Under the pieces are notes generated by a model. That model was not told the origin of the DNA, did no database searches, and saw only the letters and a program-made list of their open reading frames with translations. A stretch of DNA of 64,000 bases from Thermomicrobiales bacterium (GTDB taxonomy: Bacteria; Chloroflexota; Chloroflexia; Thermomicrobiales; UBA6265): the NCBI GenBank assembly GCA_049840815.1, contig JASGJI010000012.1:40157-104156 (forward strand), in the 5' to 3' direction. The position numbers and the translations under genes were made by a program. This document shows positions 14,142 to 25,155 of this stretch, one piece after another; the first letter of the stretch is position 1, and each line of letters opens with the position of its first letter.

Positions 14142-17100
14142 GTGTCCCAGTACAACCAGTTCCTGAAGAACGCCGTGAACAACGCGCTGGCCGCGACGAA
14201 GCCGCAGACTGCCCTCTCCCCTGTGGCGCAGTCGCTGCTTGCCGCATCGCAGTCGGCGGCACAGCGGCAGGTCAGCCAGCCCGCGATGCCGTCCGTCGGC
14301 GCGCAGTCGGCAGCGTCGGCGACGAGCCGGTTTGGCGGGTTGCCTGATCCGACGGAACTGGGACGGCAGGCGGCACAGGCGATCCAGCAGAACGCCATCC
14401 AGAGGTCGATCGCCCAGCCGACACCTGCACCGCCGCTGAACGCTGGTGTCTTCGGTCAGAACGCCGCGACCAGTCGTGCTCGGTTCGATCAGCGCCCTGC
14501 GGCGCTCCCCTCGTCACAGAACGCCATGACCGGTGTGCTGACCGCGCAGCCGGTGATGGGCCTCTCACAGAAGGCAGCCCAGGCAGCGGTAAGCGAGGGC
14601 GCGGAGAACCGCCCCGGCTCGTCCACGGCGGCGAGTACTGGCGCGCCCCTCTCCCCGTCCGAACGGCTCGTCTCGGTCTACAGTCCGGATGGCAAGCTCG
14701 TCATCGTACCGGAATCGCGCGCGTCCACCCTGCCCACCGGCTGGCAGAAGGGGAGCGAGATCGAGGCGGGCAAGGTCGATCGCGCGAAGCAGAGTCCTGC
14801 CTATATCGACAATCAGGATGCCCAGACGCAGGCACAGTTCCCGGTGGCGACCCCTGTCGCTCCGGTTACTCCGGCTGCGTCCGGCGGCGCAACGCAGCAG
14901 ACTCAGATGAGCGGTATGGGCGGCGGCTCTGGCATGCAGCAGGAAGCCCCTGGGCCACATCCTGTGTCGGCCAAGGGCGATCCGGAGACGACATACGTCG
15001 TCGTCACCAGCTCGACCGACCCGAGCGCCCAGCCGGTCATCATGACCGAGTGGGAGTACTGGAACCTCTACGCCAACGATCCCGAGTATCAGGTTCTCTC
15101 GAATCAGCGGATGAACGCCGAGGTGGCGGCAAGTGGGCGCATGATCGACCAGGGCGACTACGTCGCCCAGCGCCAGAAGGGCGTCGAGCCGTCCGCCAAC
15201 ACCGGCAATCCCGGAGAGATCAGCTACGTCACCGACGCGGTTGGCAACGCCGCTGGCTACGCGGGCGACAAGATCGGCGAGGCAGCTAGCTACGTCGGCG
15301 GCAAGGTGGCCGACGGTGCCGGTGCCCTCTGGGGTGCGGTCCCCGATACGGTGAAGCACGGAGCAGCCGAAGCGGCGAAGAAGAGTGGGCAGGCCGTGCT
15401 CGAAAGCCGATGGGTGAAGAGTGCCGGCGCTGCGTGGGAATCGCTGCCACAGGGAGCGAAGGACTGGATCATCCAGCACAACATCGAGATCATCGACATG
15501 CCGCGCGGGTTCACCGTCGAGACGGGCACCGGAGCGATCTACAAGAAGTCACGAGGTGAAAGCCTCGACGGCGGCGACGTGGCCACGGCAACCTATCTCG
15601 ATTCGATGACCGTTGCCGCCACAGCCATCCCCGGAGGCGGCGACAAGTCGATCAGCGCCTACATCGAGGACAACCAGGACGAAGCCGATCGGGTCTACCG
15701 CTATGGCTGGGATGCCGACGGTGACGGGGTGGCCGACTACACCGGCGATCGGGCGATCTGGGAATGGTATGTGAACAGCCTGAGTGTCCCCGAGCGGATG
15801 TTCCTCGATACCGTCACCGACCCGCTCTCGGCCACCGGGGTGATGGGCAAGGCCGGTCGCGGGCTTCGGGTAGCAGGCCGTGCCGTGGAAGGGGCCGAGG
15901 ATGCCAGCATCGTGGAGAAGGCCATCGGAAAGGTCCTGACGGGGGCCGGTGCTGTCGCTGAGGCCCCCGAAGCGGTGTTCGACAAGCCGGTCGATTTCGT
16001 CTTCGACCACGCCGGCAGGGTCGTCGGCAAGGTCGTCAAGCGCACGCCGATGTCGGTCGGAGAGGAAAAGGCTGGCCAGGCAGCCGGTACGCTGGAGCAG
16101 GTCACCAAGCGGGACAGTATCGAGCGACGATCCGCTGGCGGTGAGGGCGGAGTTCCGCCGACGCCTGCCGGACCTGATGGGTCAGTGGCGGTTGGCTCGG
16201 CTGACGCCGAAGGCTACGTCTTGCAGGCCGACGGCACGCGCGCCAAGACCATTGGTAACCGGACGGTTGCTCGCCATCCGGATGGCACGATGGTCATCAC
16301 CCGCCAGAATGCCGACACGACGATCATCTACCCCGACGGCAGTCAGGTCACGATCTCGAAGGATCAGGCCGGGCCACTCGCGCCGACGGCTGGTACGCCG
16401 ACCGGGACGAATCCGTCGGGTGGCCCGACGCTTGCCGAAACGCCAGCCGGTCCGGAGGTCCCGAAGCCTCGCGGAGAGGACGTGCGAACGCCCGGCGGGG
16501 AAGGCGGCGCTCCTACCCATCCGGCATCGGCAGCATCGAAGACAGTGCCTGCCAGCACGGTGCCGGAAGATTGGGGAGCGCCGACCGTCACGACGACCGA
16601 TGGCGTGACGGAGTCCCGCTACCCGAACGGCACCACCCGCTATGTGGATGAGACCACGGGCGAGGCGGAGACGTATTACGCCGACGGCGTTCGCGTTGTC
16701 GAGACGCCCAACGCCGAGCCGCTGGTCGAGTACGAGTACCCCGACGGATCATTCCGCGAAACGCCGCCGACCGGGACGGCAGCGCGGGCCGGTCGGATCG
16801 ACACCCTCGAATACAACCAGGTCGCTCCCGCCCGTGTGGGTGACCGCTTCCCCACCGAGGGGTTGGACAAGCGCCAGGCGGAGGTTGTGACGGCCTTCAA
16901 CCAGCGGCTTTCCCGGCAGAACGCATCGAAGTACAAGACCTATATCGACAGGCCGGACTACTATCCAGCCCGGCAGGAAATTGACATTGCGACCGGCATT
17001 GCGGCGCAGGCCGACGAACTCGAATCGCGATTCGGGCGGATCACGCCGAGTGCTCCTCCCGCGGTTGGCAAGGCCTCTGTGCAGGGCAACGATGTGCGCA

Positions 17101-20100
17101 GGGTCCTGTATGAACCATGGGACACCACCGCGACGGAGCGCTCACGCCTCTACAAGAGCGGCGCGATATCCGCCGATTCCGCCCCGAATGGCCGTGCCCG
17201 CGAAGCGTACCGGAACCTCGTCGAATCCCATGCCCGCTTCGTTCCCGAGGATGTGGAGTACTCGGCAGACTTCCGTCGTGCGCTCGATCAGGCACGCGAC
17301 ATCTACACTGGAGGCAAGCCACGGATCGACCCCTATAGCAGCCGCCTAGCCACACGACGGCCCGGCAACGTTGGCATCGTGAGGAATCCCCGTGCCGAGG
17401 CCGAGGCTGCTGCGGGGCGAACGAGCAATCTCTTCGACCGCTATCGCGACTCCTATCGCGCCGTGCAGCGGGCAGAGCGCGAGAAGCACGTCGGTGCGGG
17501 CGGCTGGGTTGGGGATGGCAGTGCTGAACCGGTGATGGTTCGCGGTCGGGCGCTGGCTCCCAGCGAGTACCGCGACCTGACCGACGACGCGCTCGCCATG
17601 CCACGCGAGTTCTCCCAGGTCGATCATCGCGACAAGCGATGGGTCAAGGAGTGGGAGAAGGGTGAGCGTAAGGGGGTCGAGACGGAGACGCCGCTCGATC
17701 GCTGGGAACGCAAGGCCGACGAGTACGAGCGGCGCGGGCTTGATCCGCGCGCTGCCGATACACGAGCTGCCCAGGATGTCATCTCCGACATGAACCGGTG
17801 GAACGACCTGAAATACGGCATGATCAAGGGGCGAGCCACCGGCGAGCAGTCAACCGCGGCCATGAAGGCGTTCGATGTCTACCGGAACATGCAGCAGCTC
17901 TCGCGCGAGGGCATGCTGACTGGGCCAACGACCGGTCTCCGGTATGTGACGAATCAGGGCCTGGGCAACGCTGTGACGCTGATCATCACGCGCAACGGGG
18001 ACCCGCTGGACCTCCTGCGGTACACGTTCAACGTCCGTGGCCTGAAACGGAACTACGAGGACATCACGAAGCTGGCGAACTTCCAGCACACGCTGGATCA
18101 CCAGGCGGACGAGCTGCTCGGGCGGAAGGCGGCGAAGGACGGGATCTCGGTCGGAGAGTGGGTGCAGCTGTCCGACAAGTCGGATGTCCGCGCTTCCCGT
18201 GTGGGCTATCGCATCAGGAACGATGTCGAGACGCAGGTCCGCATGGAGATGGGGGACATCACCGCCTACCAGCGATCCGCGTGGGCAAAGCTGCTCGGGT
18301 CACCGTTCGCAGATGGCAGCACGGCGCAGCGCGTCGCCGACGTGGCTTCCCGTTTCGTTTCTGTGCCCGAGTTCGCCAAGGCAGCCGCCGCCTATGACAT
18401 GTATGCGCGGAAGTTCCTGCAGGAACGGATCGTCAAGCGCGAGTGGAGCAGCCTGCTCGACGACATCACCGAACGGGTGGTGAAGGAGACGAACGGTCGG
18501 GTCGGTCGCGAAGAAATGGCGGACTTCGTCGCGCGCACCGACGGCGGGTGGTTCTCGCAGGATGACCTGCGTGTCTTCCTGAAGGAGCAGGGCGTCAGCG
18601 ACGCGACCTCCGTTCGGGTTGGCAGTGCGTGGCAGGAAGGCGTCAACCGGGTCTACGACAAGGGCGCGCAGGAAGTGAAGCGCGTCATGTTCTACGGGCG
18701 GACGAATGCCGACGAGCTGATGGGGCACATCTTCGCCTTCCACTACTGGATGTCGCGCGCCAGCAAGCTCTATGCCCAGGAGTTGCTGAGCAACCCGGCC
18801 TACCTCGCGGCCTACATCCGGATGAACAAGGGCCTCGAACACATGGCCGAAGATGGCCGCTATCCCGCGTGGTTGCGCGGTACGATCCGGATCGGTCTCG
18901 GGTTGTTCCCTGGCTTCAACATCTACCTGAATCCCATGCAGTTCCTCCAGACGCTCGTGACGGGGCAGTACGGCGACACCTTCGATGACAAGGACGTGCC
19001 CACCTGGCGCAAGGTCCTGGAGGCCACAGGCCTGATGATGAGCCCGCCGCTGCAGACCGCGCTGGACATGGCCGGTCTTGGTGGTGACGGCCCGATTGCC
19101 GACCCGATCGGGGCTAGCGCAACGGTCGGCACAGCGGTCGATGCTGCCAACTTCGTGCAAGCCCAGACGAACCCGAGTGGTGGTGTGATTGCCGATCCCT
19201 ACCAGAAGGCATTGCGCTGGGGAGCGGAGAAGGTCTCTGCGGTGGCTGCGGAGGTGGGCATGCCTGGCGCGAAGCCGGTCGCACCGAAGACCGGCACCGA
19301 GCAGAAGAATCGCGAGATCAACGAGATGATCATCACGATCGCGGAAGAGAAGGGCATCATCTCATCTGACGTGGCCGAGCGGGCGCGACAGGCGGACGCG
19401 AACGGCCAGACGTTGCCGGATGAGGTCGTGACCGCGATGAACAACCCGGACGATCCGTTGTGGCAGGAGGCCTACCAGCGGGTCGCGGTGAAGGATGTCG
19501 TTCTGCGCACAACGAAGGCGACACCGTTCGGCGTCCTCTACCCCCAGGTGCGAACCGAGACGCGGGATGAGCGGTTGGCGATCACCGACCGTGGCAGCGA
19601 GGATCTGCCTGCATGGCAGGCCACCATCAACGACATCCTGTCGATCGCGCGGACCGGTCGTCCGGAACGGGATCGGCCTGCCAGCCCCGAAGTGATCGCG
19701 GATGGCGGCAAGGACCCGCAGACTGGGAACGTGTCCCTGAAGGAGCGGGCACTTCGCCAGTACTACGGCAGCGCCTACCAGTCCGGCACCAGCGAGGCCG
19801 ACCAGGCGTATGCCGAAGGGCGGATCACGAACTCGGCGACGAGCGAATCGGCTCAGCTGCAATCGGAAGTCGAGAAGGTCTATTCGGCGGGCACAAGCGA
19901 TCCCCGCGTGAAGGTTGCCGCCAATCGGGCGAACAGGATCGTCTATGGTGAGGACGATGGCAGCTTCAAGGGCGTCTTCGTGAAGGGGACGATCTACACC
20001 CCGGAGCAGCTGGCAAGCATGACCGATAGCCAGCGCCGCTCGCTCGCAGCCATGTGGCTGGACGAACAGGGCATGACTGCCGCTGTGAAGAAGAGCAAGG

Positions 20101-21005
20101 ACGACCGGGATGCCGCCCTCGTGGCCTCCAGCCCGCAGACGCAGCAGTTCTTCGACTGGCGGGGCAAGGCCTATCAGGCCGGGCCGGGCTACGCTGAGCA
20201 GCTGGCGCGTGAGAACCCAAGCTACGGAGCGTTCTACAACGGGCTGTCTGCCGAGCAGAAGCAGAAGCCGAATGTCCTCTTCGGGACGGACGGCTACCTC
20301 GCCATGATCGGCACGCAAAGCAAGTACAACGACCCGGCAGGCATGGCCACCCAAGACCCGGGCAAACGGGTTGCCGATCCGCTCAGCTCCAGTGGTTACT
20401 ACTCGCCCTATACCGAGGAACCGTCAGGATCGAAGAAGGGCAGCACAGGCACGTCCTCCAAGCCGCCGAAGACGCACGCTGACGCCGTACGGGAAGATCA
20501 GGCGGAGTACCAGCGCAAGGTCGAGCAGTGGCAGTGGCAGGCAGAGCTGGTGCTCGGGTACACGCCGCTGCCGGGCGCTACAAGCAAGGACGAGAAGACG
20601 GCGTTGAAGGCCGCCGGTGTGGATCAGGATGGTCCGAGCAAGTCCACCTACCAAAAGGATTACGAGTTCTGGGCGGGCCAGCAGTCCGCCGGGTCGGACA
20701 CCTCTCCCGAGGCGTACGAGGTGTGGCGGGTTGCGCAGGGCTACCAGGACGCCATCGTTGACCCGAACGCGCCGCCAGCCGGTACACCTATCGGCGGGTC
20801 GGCCAGTGCCAGCAGGACGCAGGGCAAGCGGAACACCTCCTTCGAGGCGCGAGCAAATATGATCAATGCGCTGCCGGTGCAGGAGCGCCAGCGGTGGATG
20901 TATGCCGCCGACGGCTCGCTCACCGACTTGGGCATCCTGCTTGCCGCCGAGGCGAAGCGAAACGGGTACAAGATCGCGTGGGATGGCAAGCTGGTGAAGA
21001 AGTGA
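14142..21005 (+). CDS. giant orphan protein (2,287 aa), cysteine-free, Q/A/S-rich N-terminus, HPDG/YPDG/YPNG repeats
   Basis: An uninterrupted 6.86-kb ORF with a GTG start and GAAGAGG 7 nt upstream. Reading the translation, I found no Cys. I recognised no catalytic motif (no HExxH, no P-loop). Confidence 0.8.
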   Translation: MSQYNQFLKNAVNNALAATKPQTALSPVAQSLLAASQSAAQRQVSQPAMPSVGAQSAASATSRFGGLPDPTELGRQAAQAIQQNAIQRSIAQPTPAPPLNAGVFGQNAATSRARFDQRPAALPSSQNAMTGVLTAQPVMGLSQKAAQAAVSEGAENRPGSSTAASTGAPLSPSERLVSVYSPDGKLVIVPESRASTLPTGWQKGSEIEAGKVDRAKQSPAYIDNQDAQTQAQFPVATPVAPVTPAASGGATQQTQMSGMGGGSGMQQEAPGPHPVSAKGDPETTYVVVTSSTDPSAQPVIMTEWEYWNLYANDPEYQVLSNQRMNAEVAASGRMIDQGDYVAQRQKGVEPSANTGNPGEISYVTDAVGNAAGYAGDKIGEAASYVGGKVADGAGALWGAVPDTVKHGAAEAAKKSGQAVLESRWVKSAGAAWESLPQGAKDWIIQHNIEIIDMPRGFTVETGTGAIYKKSRGESLDGGDVATATYLDSMTVAATAIPGGGDKSISAYIEDNQDEADRVYRYGWDADGDGVADYTGDRAIWEWYVNSLSVPERMFLDTVTDPLSATGVMGKAGRGLRVAGRAVEGAEDASIVEKAIGKVLTGAGAVAEAPEAVFDKPVDFVFDHAGRVVGKVVKRTPMSVGEEKAGQAAGTLEQVTKRDSIERRSAGGEGGVPPTPAGPDGSVAVGSADAEGYVLQADGTRAKTIGNRTVARHPDGTMVITRQNADTTIIYPDGSQVTISKDQAGPLAPTAGTPTGTNPSGGPTLAETPAGPEVPKPRGEDVRTPGGEGGAPTHPASAASKTVPASTVPEDWGAPTVTTTDGVTESRYPNGTTRYVDETTGEAETYYADGVRVVETPNAEPLVEYEYPDGSFRETPPTGTAARAGRIDTLEYNQVAPARVGDRFPTEGLDKRQAEVVTAFNQRLSRQNASKYKTYIDRPDYYPARQEIDIATGIAAQADELESRFGRITPSAPPAVGKASVQGNDVRRVLYEPWDTTATERSRLYKSGAISADSAPNGRAREAYRNLVESHARFVPEDVEYSADFRRALDQARDIYTGGKPRIDPYSSRLATRRPGNVGIVRNPRAEAEAAAGRTSNLFDRYRDSYRAVQRAEREKHVGAGGWVGDGSAEPVMVRGRALAPSEYRDLTDDALAMPREFSQVDHRDKRWVKEWEKGERKGVETETPLDRWERKADEYERRGLDPRAADTRAAQDVISDMNRWNDLKYGMIKGRATGEQSTAAMKAFDVYRNMQQLSREGMLTGPTTGLRYVTNQGLGNAVTLIITRNGDPLDLLRYTFNVRGLKRNYEDITKLANFQHTLDHQADELLGRKAAKDGISVGEWVQLSDKSDVRASRVGYRIRNDVETQVRMEMGDITAYQRSAWAKLLGSPFADGSTAQRVADVASRFVSVPEFAKAAAAYDMYARKFLQERIVKREWSSLLDDITERVVKETNGRVGREEMADFVARTDGGWFSQDDLRVFLKEQGVSDATSVRVGSAWQEGVNRVYDKGAQEVKRVMFYGRTNADELMGHIFAFHYWMSRASKLYAQELLSNPAYLAAYIRMNKGLEHMAEDGRYPAWLRGTIRIGLGLFPGFNIYLNPMQFLQTLVTGQYGDTFDDKDVPTWRKVLEATGLMMSPPLQTALDMAGLGGDGPIADPIGASATVGTAVDAANFVQAQTNPSGGVIADPYQKALRWGAEKVSAVAAEVGMPGAKPVAPKTGTEQKNREINEMIITIAEEKGIISSDVAERARQADANGQTLPDEVVTAMNNPDDPLWQEAYQRVAVKDVVLRTTKATPFGVLYPQVRTETRDERLAITDRGSEDLPAWQATINDILSIARTGRPERDRPASPEVIADGGKDPQTGNVSLKERALRQYYGSAYQSGTSEADQAYAEGRITNSATSESAQLQSEVEKVYSAGTSDPRVKVAANRANRIVYGEDDGSFKGVFVKGTIYTPEQLASMTDSQRRSLAAMWLDEQGMTAAVKKSKDDRDAALVASSPQTQQFFDWRGKAYQAGPGYAEQLARENPSYGAFYNGLSAEQKQKPNVLFGTDGYLAMIGTQSKYNDPAGMATQDPGKRVADPLSSSGYYSPYTEEPSGSKKGSTGTSSKPPKTHADAVREDQAEYQRKVEQWQWQAELVLGYTPLPGATSKDEKTALKAAGVDQDGPSKSTYQKDYEFWAGQQSAGSDTSPEAYEVWRVAQGYQDAIVDPNAPPAGTPIGGSASASRTQGKRNTSFEARANMINALPVQERQRWMYAADGSLTDLGILLAAEAKRNGYKIAWDGKLVKK

Positions 21006-21154
21006 CGGGGTGCGGCTGGGGAGAGAACGCGATCAGAGTGAACGGCATTCCCCCCAAGGCAGTCCGCGAGGCGACTCTGCGCCCAGCCGCGACGCGCATA
21101 TCGGCAGCGTCAGCGGCATGCGGTAGCCAACTGGTAGCCAGACACCCCAACACA

Positions 21155-21185
21155 AAAACGGCCAGTCACATCGACTGGCCGTTTT
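21155..21185. terminator. Bidirectional rho-independent-type terminator
   Basis: AAAACGGCCAGTC-acatc-GACTGGCCGTTTT, with an A-tract and a T-tract flanking a 9-bp GC-rich stem. Confidence 0.75.
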
Positions 21186-21206
21186 CCTTGATTTGACGGG
21201 GTTTTC

Positions 21207-21282
21207 TGGGGTGCCCTACGGGGCTCGAACCCGTAACCTCATGTTCCACAGACAAGCGCTCTGCCATTGAGCTAAGGGCACC
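21207..21282 (-). tRNA. tRNA-His (GTG)
   Basis: Cloverleaf with the extra G(-1), anticodon loop CTGTGGA, T-loop TTCGAGC, and an encoded CCA. Confidence 0.9.
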
Positions 21283-21300
21283 ATGAACACGCTGGACGAC

Positions 21301-21660
21301 GGAGAAGAAAGGGAGTGTAAGCCGAGTTCTGTTCCTGATGGTCATCTCTCTCGACCGATTGCTCGGTCGGTCACGTCGTCGCCTTCGTAACTGCTCTCGA
21401 CTTCCGGCCTCGGCGAGCAACCTGATAGCGGCCGATTCGGAGATTGCTGCGGGGAGGATTGCCCTTTTCAGTCCACCACCATGACGGCGGCGGCAATGGT
21501 CTCTGTTGCTCTCACGGTCCCGGAGGACCGCGCCAGTCTGGACTGTCGACGCGATCGCTCGCGCCTCCCTGGCTTTCACCAGGCACCCACGCTCTGTGCA
21601 GCTCGGACTTTCCTCTGACCCCAGAAGGGCCAGCGACCATCCATCCCGACTTTCCGCCAG
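21301..21660 (-). ncRNA. rnpB: RNase P RNA (bacterial type A); ends approximate
   Basis: The minus strand carries GAGGAAAGTCCGAGC (P4 5' strand) and ACAGAACTCGGCTTAC (P4 3' strand). A compensatory G>A / C>U change relative to the usual GGG/CCC preserves pairing. Confidence 0.85.
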
Positions 21661-21740
21661 CGTATCCGATTGGAAAGGTGCACGCCCCACTCAGGAACCG
21701 CAGGCCAGATCACTCATGGATTGCGTCGATGCTTGGGGAG

Positions 21741-21826
<86 letters not shown>

Positions 21827-21866
21827 TCGTCCGAGATTATCGCGCATCCAGCCTGGAGTTTCCAGG

Positions 21867-21939
21867 AGCCGACCGTCGGACTCGAACCGACGACCTGCTG
21901 TTTACGAAACAGCTGCTCTACCAACTGAGCTAGGCCGGC
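21867..21939 (-). tRNA. tRNA-Thr (CGT)
   Basis: Anticodon loop TTCGTAA and T-loop TTCGAGT. CCA is not encoded. Confidence 0.85.
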
Positions 21940-21965
21940 CTGCGCTCTCTTCCGGAGCGATGCGG

Positions 21966-21995
21966 AGTATAGCATCGTCTCGGGAGCCATGCCAA
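21966..21995 (-). promoter_or_regulatory. Putative sigma-70-type promoter of the tRNA-Thr/Leu/rnpB/His cluster
   Basis: On the minus strand, TTGGCA-N18-TATACT lies ~25 nt upstream of the tRNA-Thr 5' end. Confidence 0.45.
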
Positions 21996-22114
21996 GGGCG
22001 CTTCACGATCAGTTTCTGGTATGGTGAATCCCGGTCTGAACGTGCCATCCGTGGCCCCGATCAGGACCCGCTCCGTCCCGCCGCCATCACCGCCCCACCC
22101 GGAGAGCATCCGTC

Positions 22115-22846
22115 GTGCCCAACCAGGATCGCCCAGGGAAATCAACCACTCCACCGGCGCGCAAGCCCCAACCCCGTCCCCGACCGTCACGCCAGACGGA
22201 ACACGCGGACCCACCATCACCGCTCAGCCGTGCGAGCCGCTCCCAGATCGTCCTGATCGTCGTTTCCTCGCTCGTCGTCTGCTCCCTCATCCTTGCTGGC
22301 GTTGTCGCCATCGCCACCGACCAGCTCGGCCGCGGCGGCGACAGCACCCAGGCGCCATACACCGATCCGAATAAGGATGTCATCGCCGAGCAGCAGACCA
22401 AGGTCGCCCAGAATCCGGACGACTATTACGCCCTCACCCTGCTCGCCAACCTCCTCGGCAACACTGGACGCCTCACCGAAGCCATCCCGCTCTACGAAAA
22501 GGCGCTCCAGATGCGTCCGGATGATCAGGGCGTGCGCCTCGACTTCGCCCGCGCCCTCGCGGACGGTGGACACCGCTCCGACGCCGAGATCCAGTTCAGG
22601 AAGCTGATCGCCGACGACCCGAACAACCAGCAGGCCCACTACTATCTCGCCGAGATGTATCGCGTCTCCGCGCCGCCCCGCACCGACGAGGCAATTGCCG
22701 AGTACCAGAAAGCTGTCGCGATCGACCCGACTACTTACATGGCGCAGCAGGCGACCGAGCAACTAAAGATCCTCGGGATCACGGCCTCGCCCGTCGCTTC
22801 GCCATCATCCAGCACCCCGGCAGCAAACGCCTCCCCGCAGGGATGA
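22115..22846 (+). CDS. membrane-anchored TPR-repeat protein
   Basis: One TM segment ([23 protein letters not shown]) followed by TPR-like repeats ([43 protein letters not shown]). Confidence 0.7.
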   Translation: MPNQDRPGKSTTPPARKPQPRPRPSRQTEHADPPSPLSRASRSQIVLIVVSSLVVCSLILAGVVAIATDQLGRGGDSTQAPYTDPNKDVIAEQQTKVAQNPDDYYALTLLANLLGNTGRLTEAIPLYEKALQMRPDDQGVRLDFARALADGGHRSDAEIQFRKLIADDPNNQQAHYYLAEMYRVSAPPRTDEAIAEYQKAVAIDPTTYMAQQATEQLKILGITASPVASPSSSTPAANASPQG

Positions 22847-22883
22847 GCGACCACGACGCAGCACGCACGACCCGAGCATCCAG

Positions 22884-22897
22884 CGAACACCTGTTCG
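22884..22897. promoter_or_regulatory. Cheo-type LexA (SOS) box upstream of ruvB
   Basis: CGAACacctGTTCG fits GAAC-N4-GTTC. It lies 23 nt upstream of the ruvB ATG and next to a TATACT -10-like hexamer (22908-22913). Confidence 0.55.
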
Positions 22898-22919
22898 CAT
22901 CACGCGGTATACTTGCCCC

Positions 22920-24014
22920 ATGAATGACGAATCCGGCGGTCCGAACCGCCCATTCACCTCCACGAAGACCGAACGGGAATCCTCCCGCCTCGTCACGCCC
23001 AAGCAGCGCGATGAGGACGGCGCGGCTGACAAGTCCCTGCGCCCCCGCAAGCTGGAGGATTATGTCGGGCAGGATCGCGTCAAGGACAACTTGAGCATCT
23101 TCATCCGCGCCGCGCTCGAACGCGAGGAAGCGCTCGATCACGTCCTGCTCTACGGCCCACCTGGCCTCGGCAAGACGACGCTTGCCGCGATCATCGCGAC
23201 CGAGATGGGTGTCAGCCTGCGCGTCACCTCCGGCCCCGCCATCGAGCGCCAGGGCGATCTCGTCTCGATCCTCACCAACCTCCAGCCAGGCGATGTCCTC
23301 TTCATCGACGAGATCCATCGGCTGAACCGCGTCGTGGAGGAAGTCCTCTACTCCGCGATGGAAGACTTCGCGGTCGACATCATCATCGGCAAGGGTCCGG
23401 CCGCCCGCACGATGCGGATCAACCTCCCGAAGTTCACGCTCGTCGGTGCCACAACCCGTCTGGCACTCCTGACCGGACCGCTGCGCGACCGCTTCGGCGC
23501 CGTCCTCCGCCTCGACTTCTACGATCAGGACGCGATGGAGCGCATCATCACGCGCTCCGCCTCGATCCTCCAGTTCCCGATCGACGAAACGGGCGCGAAA
23601 GCGCTCGCCGCCCGTTCACGCGGGACGCCGCGCATCGCAAACCGCCTACTCCGCCGCGTCCGCGACATCGCGCAGGTTTCCGGCGAGTCCGTCATCTCCG
23701 CCCCGATCGCCCACGCGGCGCTCGACCGGCTGGAGGTCGATCACATGGGTCTCGACGAGACCGACCGCCGCATCCTGCTCGCCGTCGTCGAGAAGTTCGA
23801 TGGCGGCCCGGTCGGCATCGACACCCTCTCTGCTGCGACCAGCGAGGAGACCGACACGATCATGGACGTCTACGAGCCGTACCTGATCCAGCTTGGCTTC
23901 CTCCAACGTACTCCTCGTGGCCGAATCGCCACCAAACGCGCCTACGAGCATCTCGGACTGGTCTTCCCGGCCTCCGTCTCTGCCCAGCAAGCCCTTTTCG
24001 AGGTCGACCAATGA
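22920..24014 (+). CDS. ruvB: Holliday junction branch-migration helicase RuvB
   Basis: [14 protein letters not shown] (Walker A), LFIDEIHRL (Walker B), and full-length colinearity with RuvB. Confidence 0.95.
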   Translation: MNDESGGPNRPFTSTKTERESSRLVTPKQRDEDGAADKSLRPRKLEDYVGQDRVKDNLSIFIRAALEREEALDHVLLYGPPGLGKTTLAAIIATEMGVSLRVTSGPAIERQGDLVSILTNLQPGDVLFIDEIHRLNRVVEEVLYSAMEDFAVDIIIGKGPAARTMRINLPKFTLVGATTRLALLTGPLRDRFGAVLRLDFYDQDAMERIITRSASILQFPIDETGAKALAARSRGTPRIANRLLRRVRDIAQVSGESVISAPIAHAALDRLEVDHMGLDETDRRILLAVVEKFDGGPVGIDTLSAATSEETDTIMDVYEPYLIQLGFLQRTPRGRIATKRAYEHLGLVFPASVSAQQALFEVDQ

Positions 24015-25102
24015 CCGAACCCGACGTCTCTGCGAGCCCGGACGCCATCCGCCACGCGATGGCGGACTTCGACTACGACTTGCCGCCTGAACTGATCGCC
24101 CAGGAACCCCTCGCCGACCGCGAGGCGAGCCGCCTGCTGCTGCTTCCACGCGATGGAAGCCCCTTCGAGCACCGATCCTTCCGTGAGCTGCCCGACCTGC
24201 TCGATCCCGGTGACCTTCTGGTCGTGAATGACAGCCGCGTGATTCCCGCCCGCCTGATCGGTCATCGCGAGACTGGCGCCGAGGTGGAGATCCTGCTCCT
24301 CCGCCGCGAGGAGAGCGGCCGTAGTCCGGGACTCTGGCGGGCGCTCGCCCGTCCCACCCGCCGCTTACGCATCGATGAGCGGATCGTCATTCCCGCGAAG
24401 ACCGCCGACGATACCGAGGCATTCGCCTACCTGCGCGAGAAGCTGGACGACGGCCAGGTGCTGGTCGAACTGGATGACGCGCTGACGACAGATCTCGACC
24501 ACTTCGGGCGTGTTCCACTGCCGCCCTACATCACGCATCACCTCGACGATGACGAGCGCTACCAGACGGTCTACTCCGCGCAGAAGGGGTCCGCTGCCGC
24601 CCCGACCGCCGGACTCCACTTCACGGACGACCTCTTCCGCCGTCTTGACGCAAAGGGCATCGGGCGCACGTCGGTGACGCTGCACGTCGGGCTGGACACC
24701 TTCCGTCCAGTCAACGAGGACTTCGCGGAGGACCACGTCATCCACCAGGAATGGTGCTCGGTCTCTCCCGAGGCGTGGGAGGCGATTGCCGCTGCCAGGG
24801 AACGGGGATCGCGCGTCGTCGCCGTGGGCACGACCGCCGCTCGCACGCTGGAGACGCTTGGGCAGCGGGTGAAAGCTGGCAATTCCGGCCCCTTCTCCGA
24901 CATGACGGGCATCTACATCACGCCGGGCTACGACTGGCAGATGGTCGATGCGCTCATCACGAACTTCCACTTGCCGAAATCGACGTTGTTGCTGATGATC
25001 AGCGCGTTCGCCGGACGCGATCACGTCTTCGCGGCCTATCGAGCCGCGACCGCAGAGCGCTATCGCTTCTTCTCCTTCGGCGACGCCATGCTCATCATCT
25101 GA
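24011..25102 (+). CDS. queA: S-adenosylmethionine:tRNA ribosyltransferase-isomerase
   Basis: [27 protein letters not shown] and [16 protein letters not shown] overlap with ruvB. Confidence 0.92.
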   Translation: MTEPDVSASPDAIRHAMADFDYDLPPELIAQEPLADREASRLLLLPRDGSPFEHRSFRELPDLLDPGDLLVVNDSRVIPARLIGHRETGAEVEILLLRREESGRSPGLWRALARPTRRLRIDERIVIPAKTADDTEAFAYLREKLDDGQVLVELDDALTTDLDHFGRVPLPPYITHHLDDDERYQTVYSAQKGSAAAPTAGLHFTDDLFRRLDAKGIGRTSVTLHVGLDTFRPVNEDFAEDHVIHQEWCSVSPEAWEAIAAARERGSRVVAVGTTAARTLETLGQRVKAGNSGPFSDMTGIYITPGYDWQMVDALITNFHLPKSTLLLMISAFAGRDHVFAAYRAATAERYRFFSFGDAMLII

Positions 25103-25155
25103 CTGGAGCGGCGGGCAGAGAGGCCACCGGTCCGGATTCATGCTGGAGATTCCCT

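Larger units (their letters stand above)
1..21206. mobile_element. Integrated mobile element 1 (partial; left end beyond window), right boundary tentatively at 3' end of tRNA-His
   Basis: A block of replication, excisionase-like, XRE, ArdC-N-like, DUF3102-like, toxin-like and orphan genes ends ~200 bp before the 3' end of tRNA-His(GTG). Housekeeping genes follow. No integrase or second att copy is visible in the window. Confidence 0.55.

Noticed and set aside
21166-21690. 174-aa ORF on the minus strand between tRNA-His and tRNA-Leu
   Set aside because: The region carries the conserved RNase P RNA P4 strands (GAGGAAAGTCCGAGC / ACAGAACTCGGCTTAC). The ORF is a by-product of the ncRNA gene.
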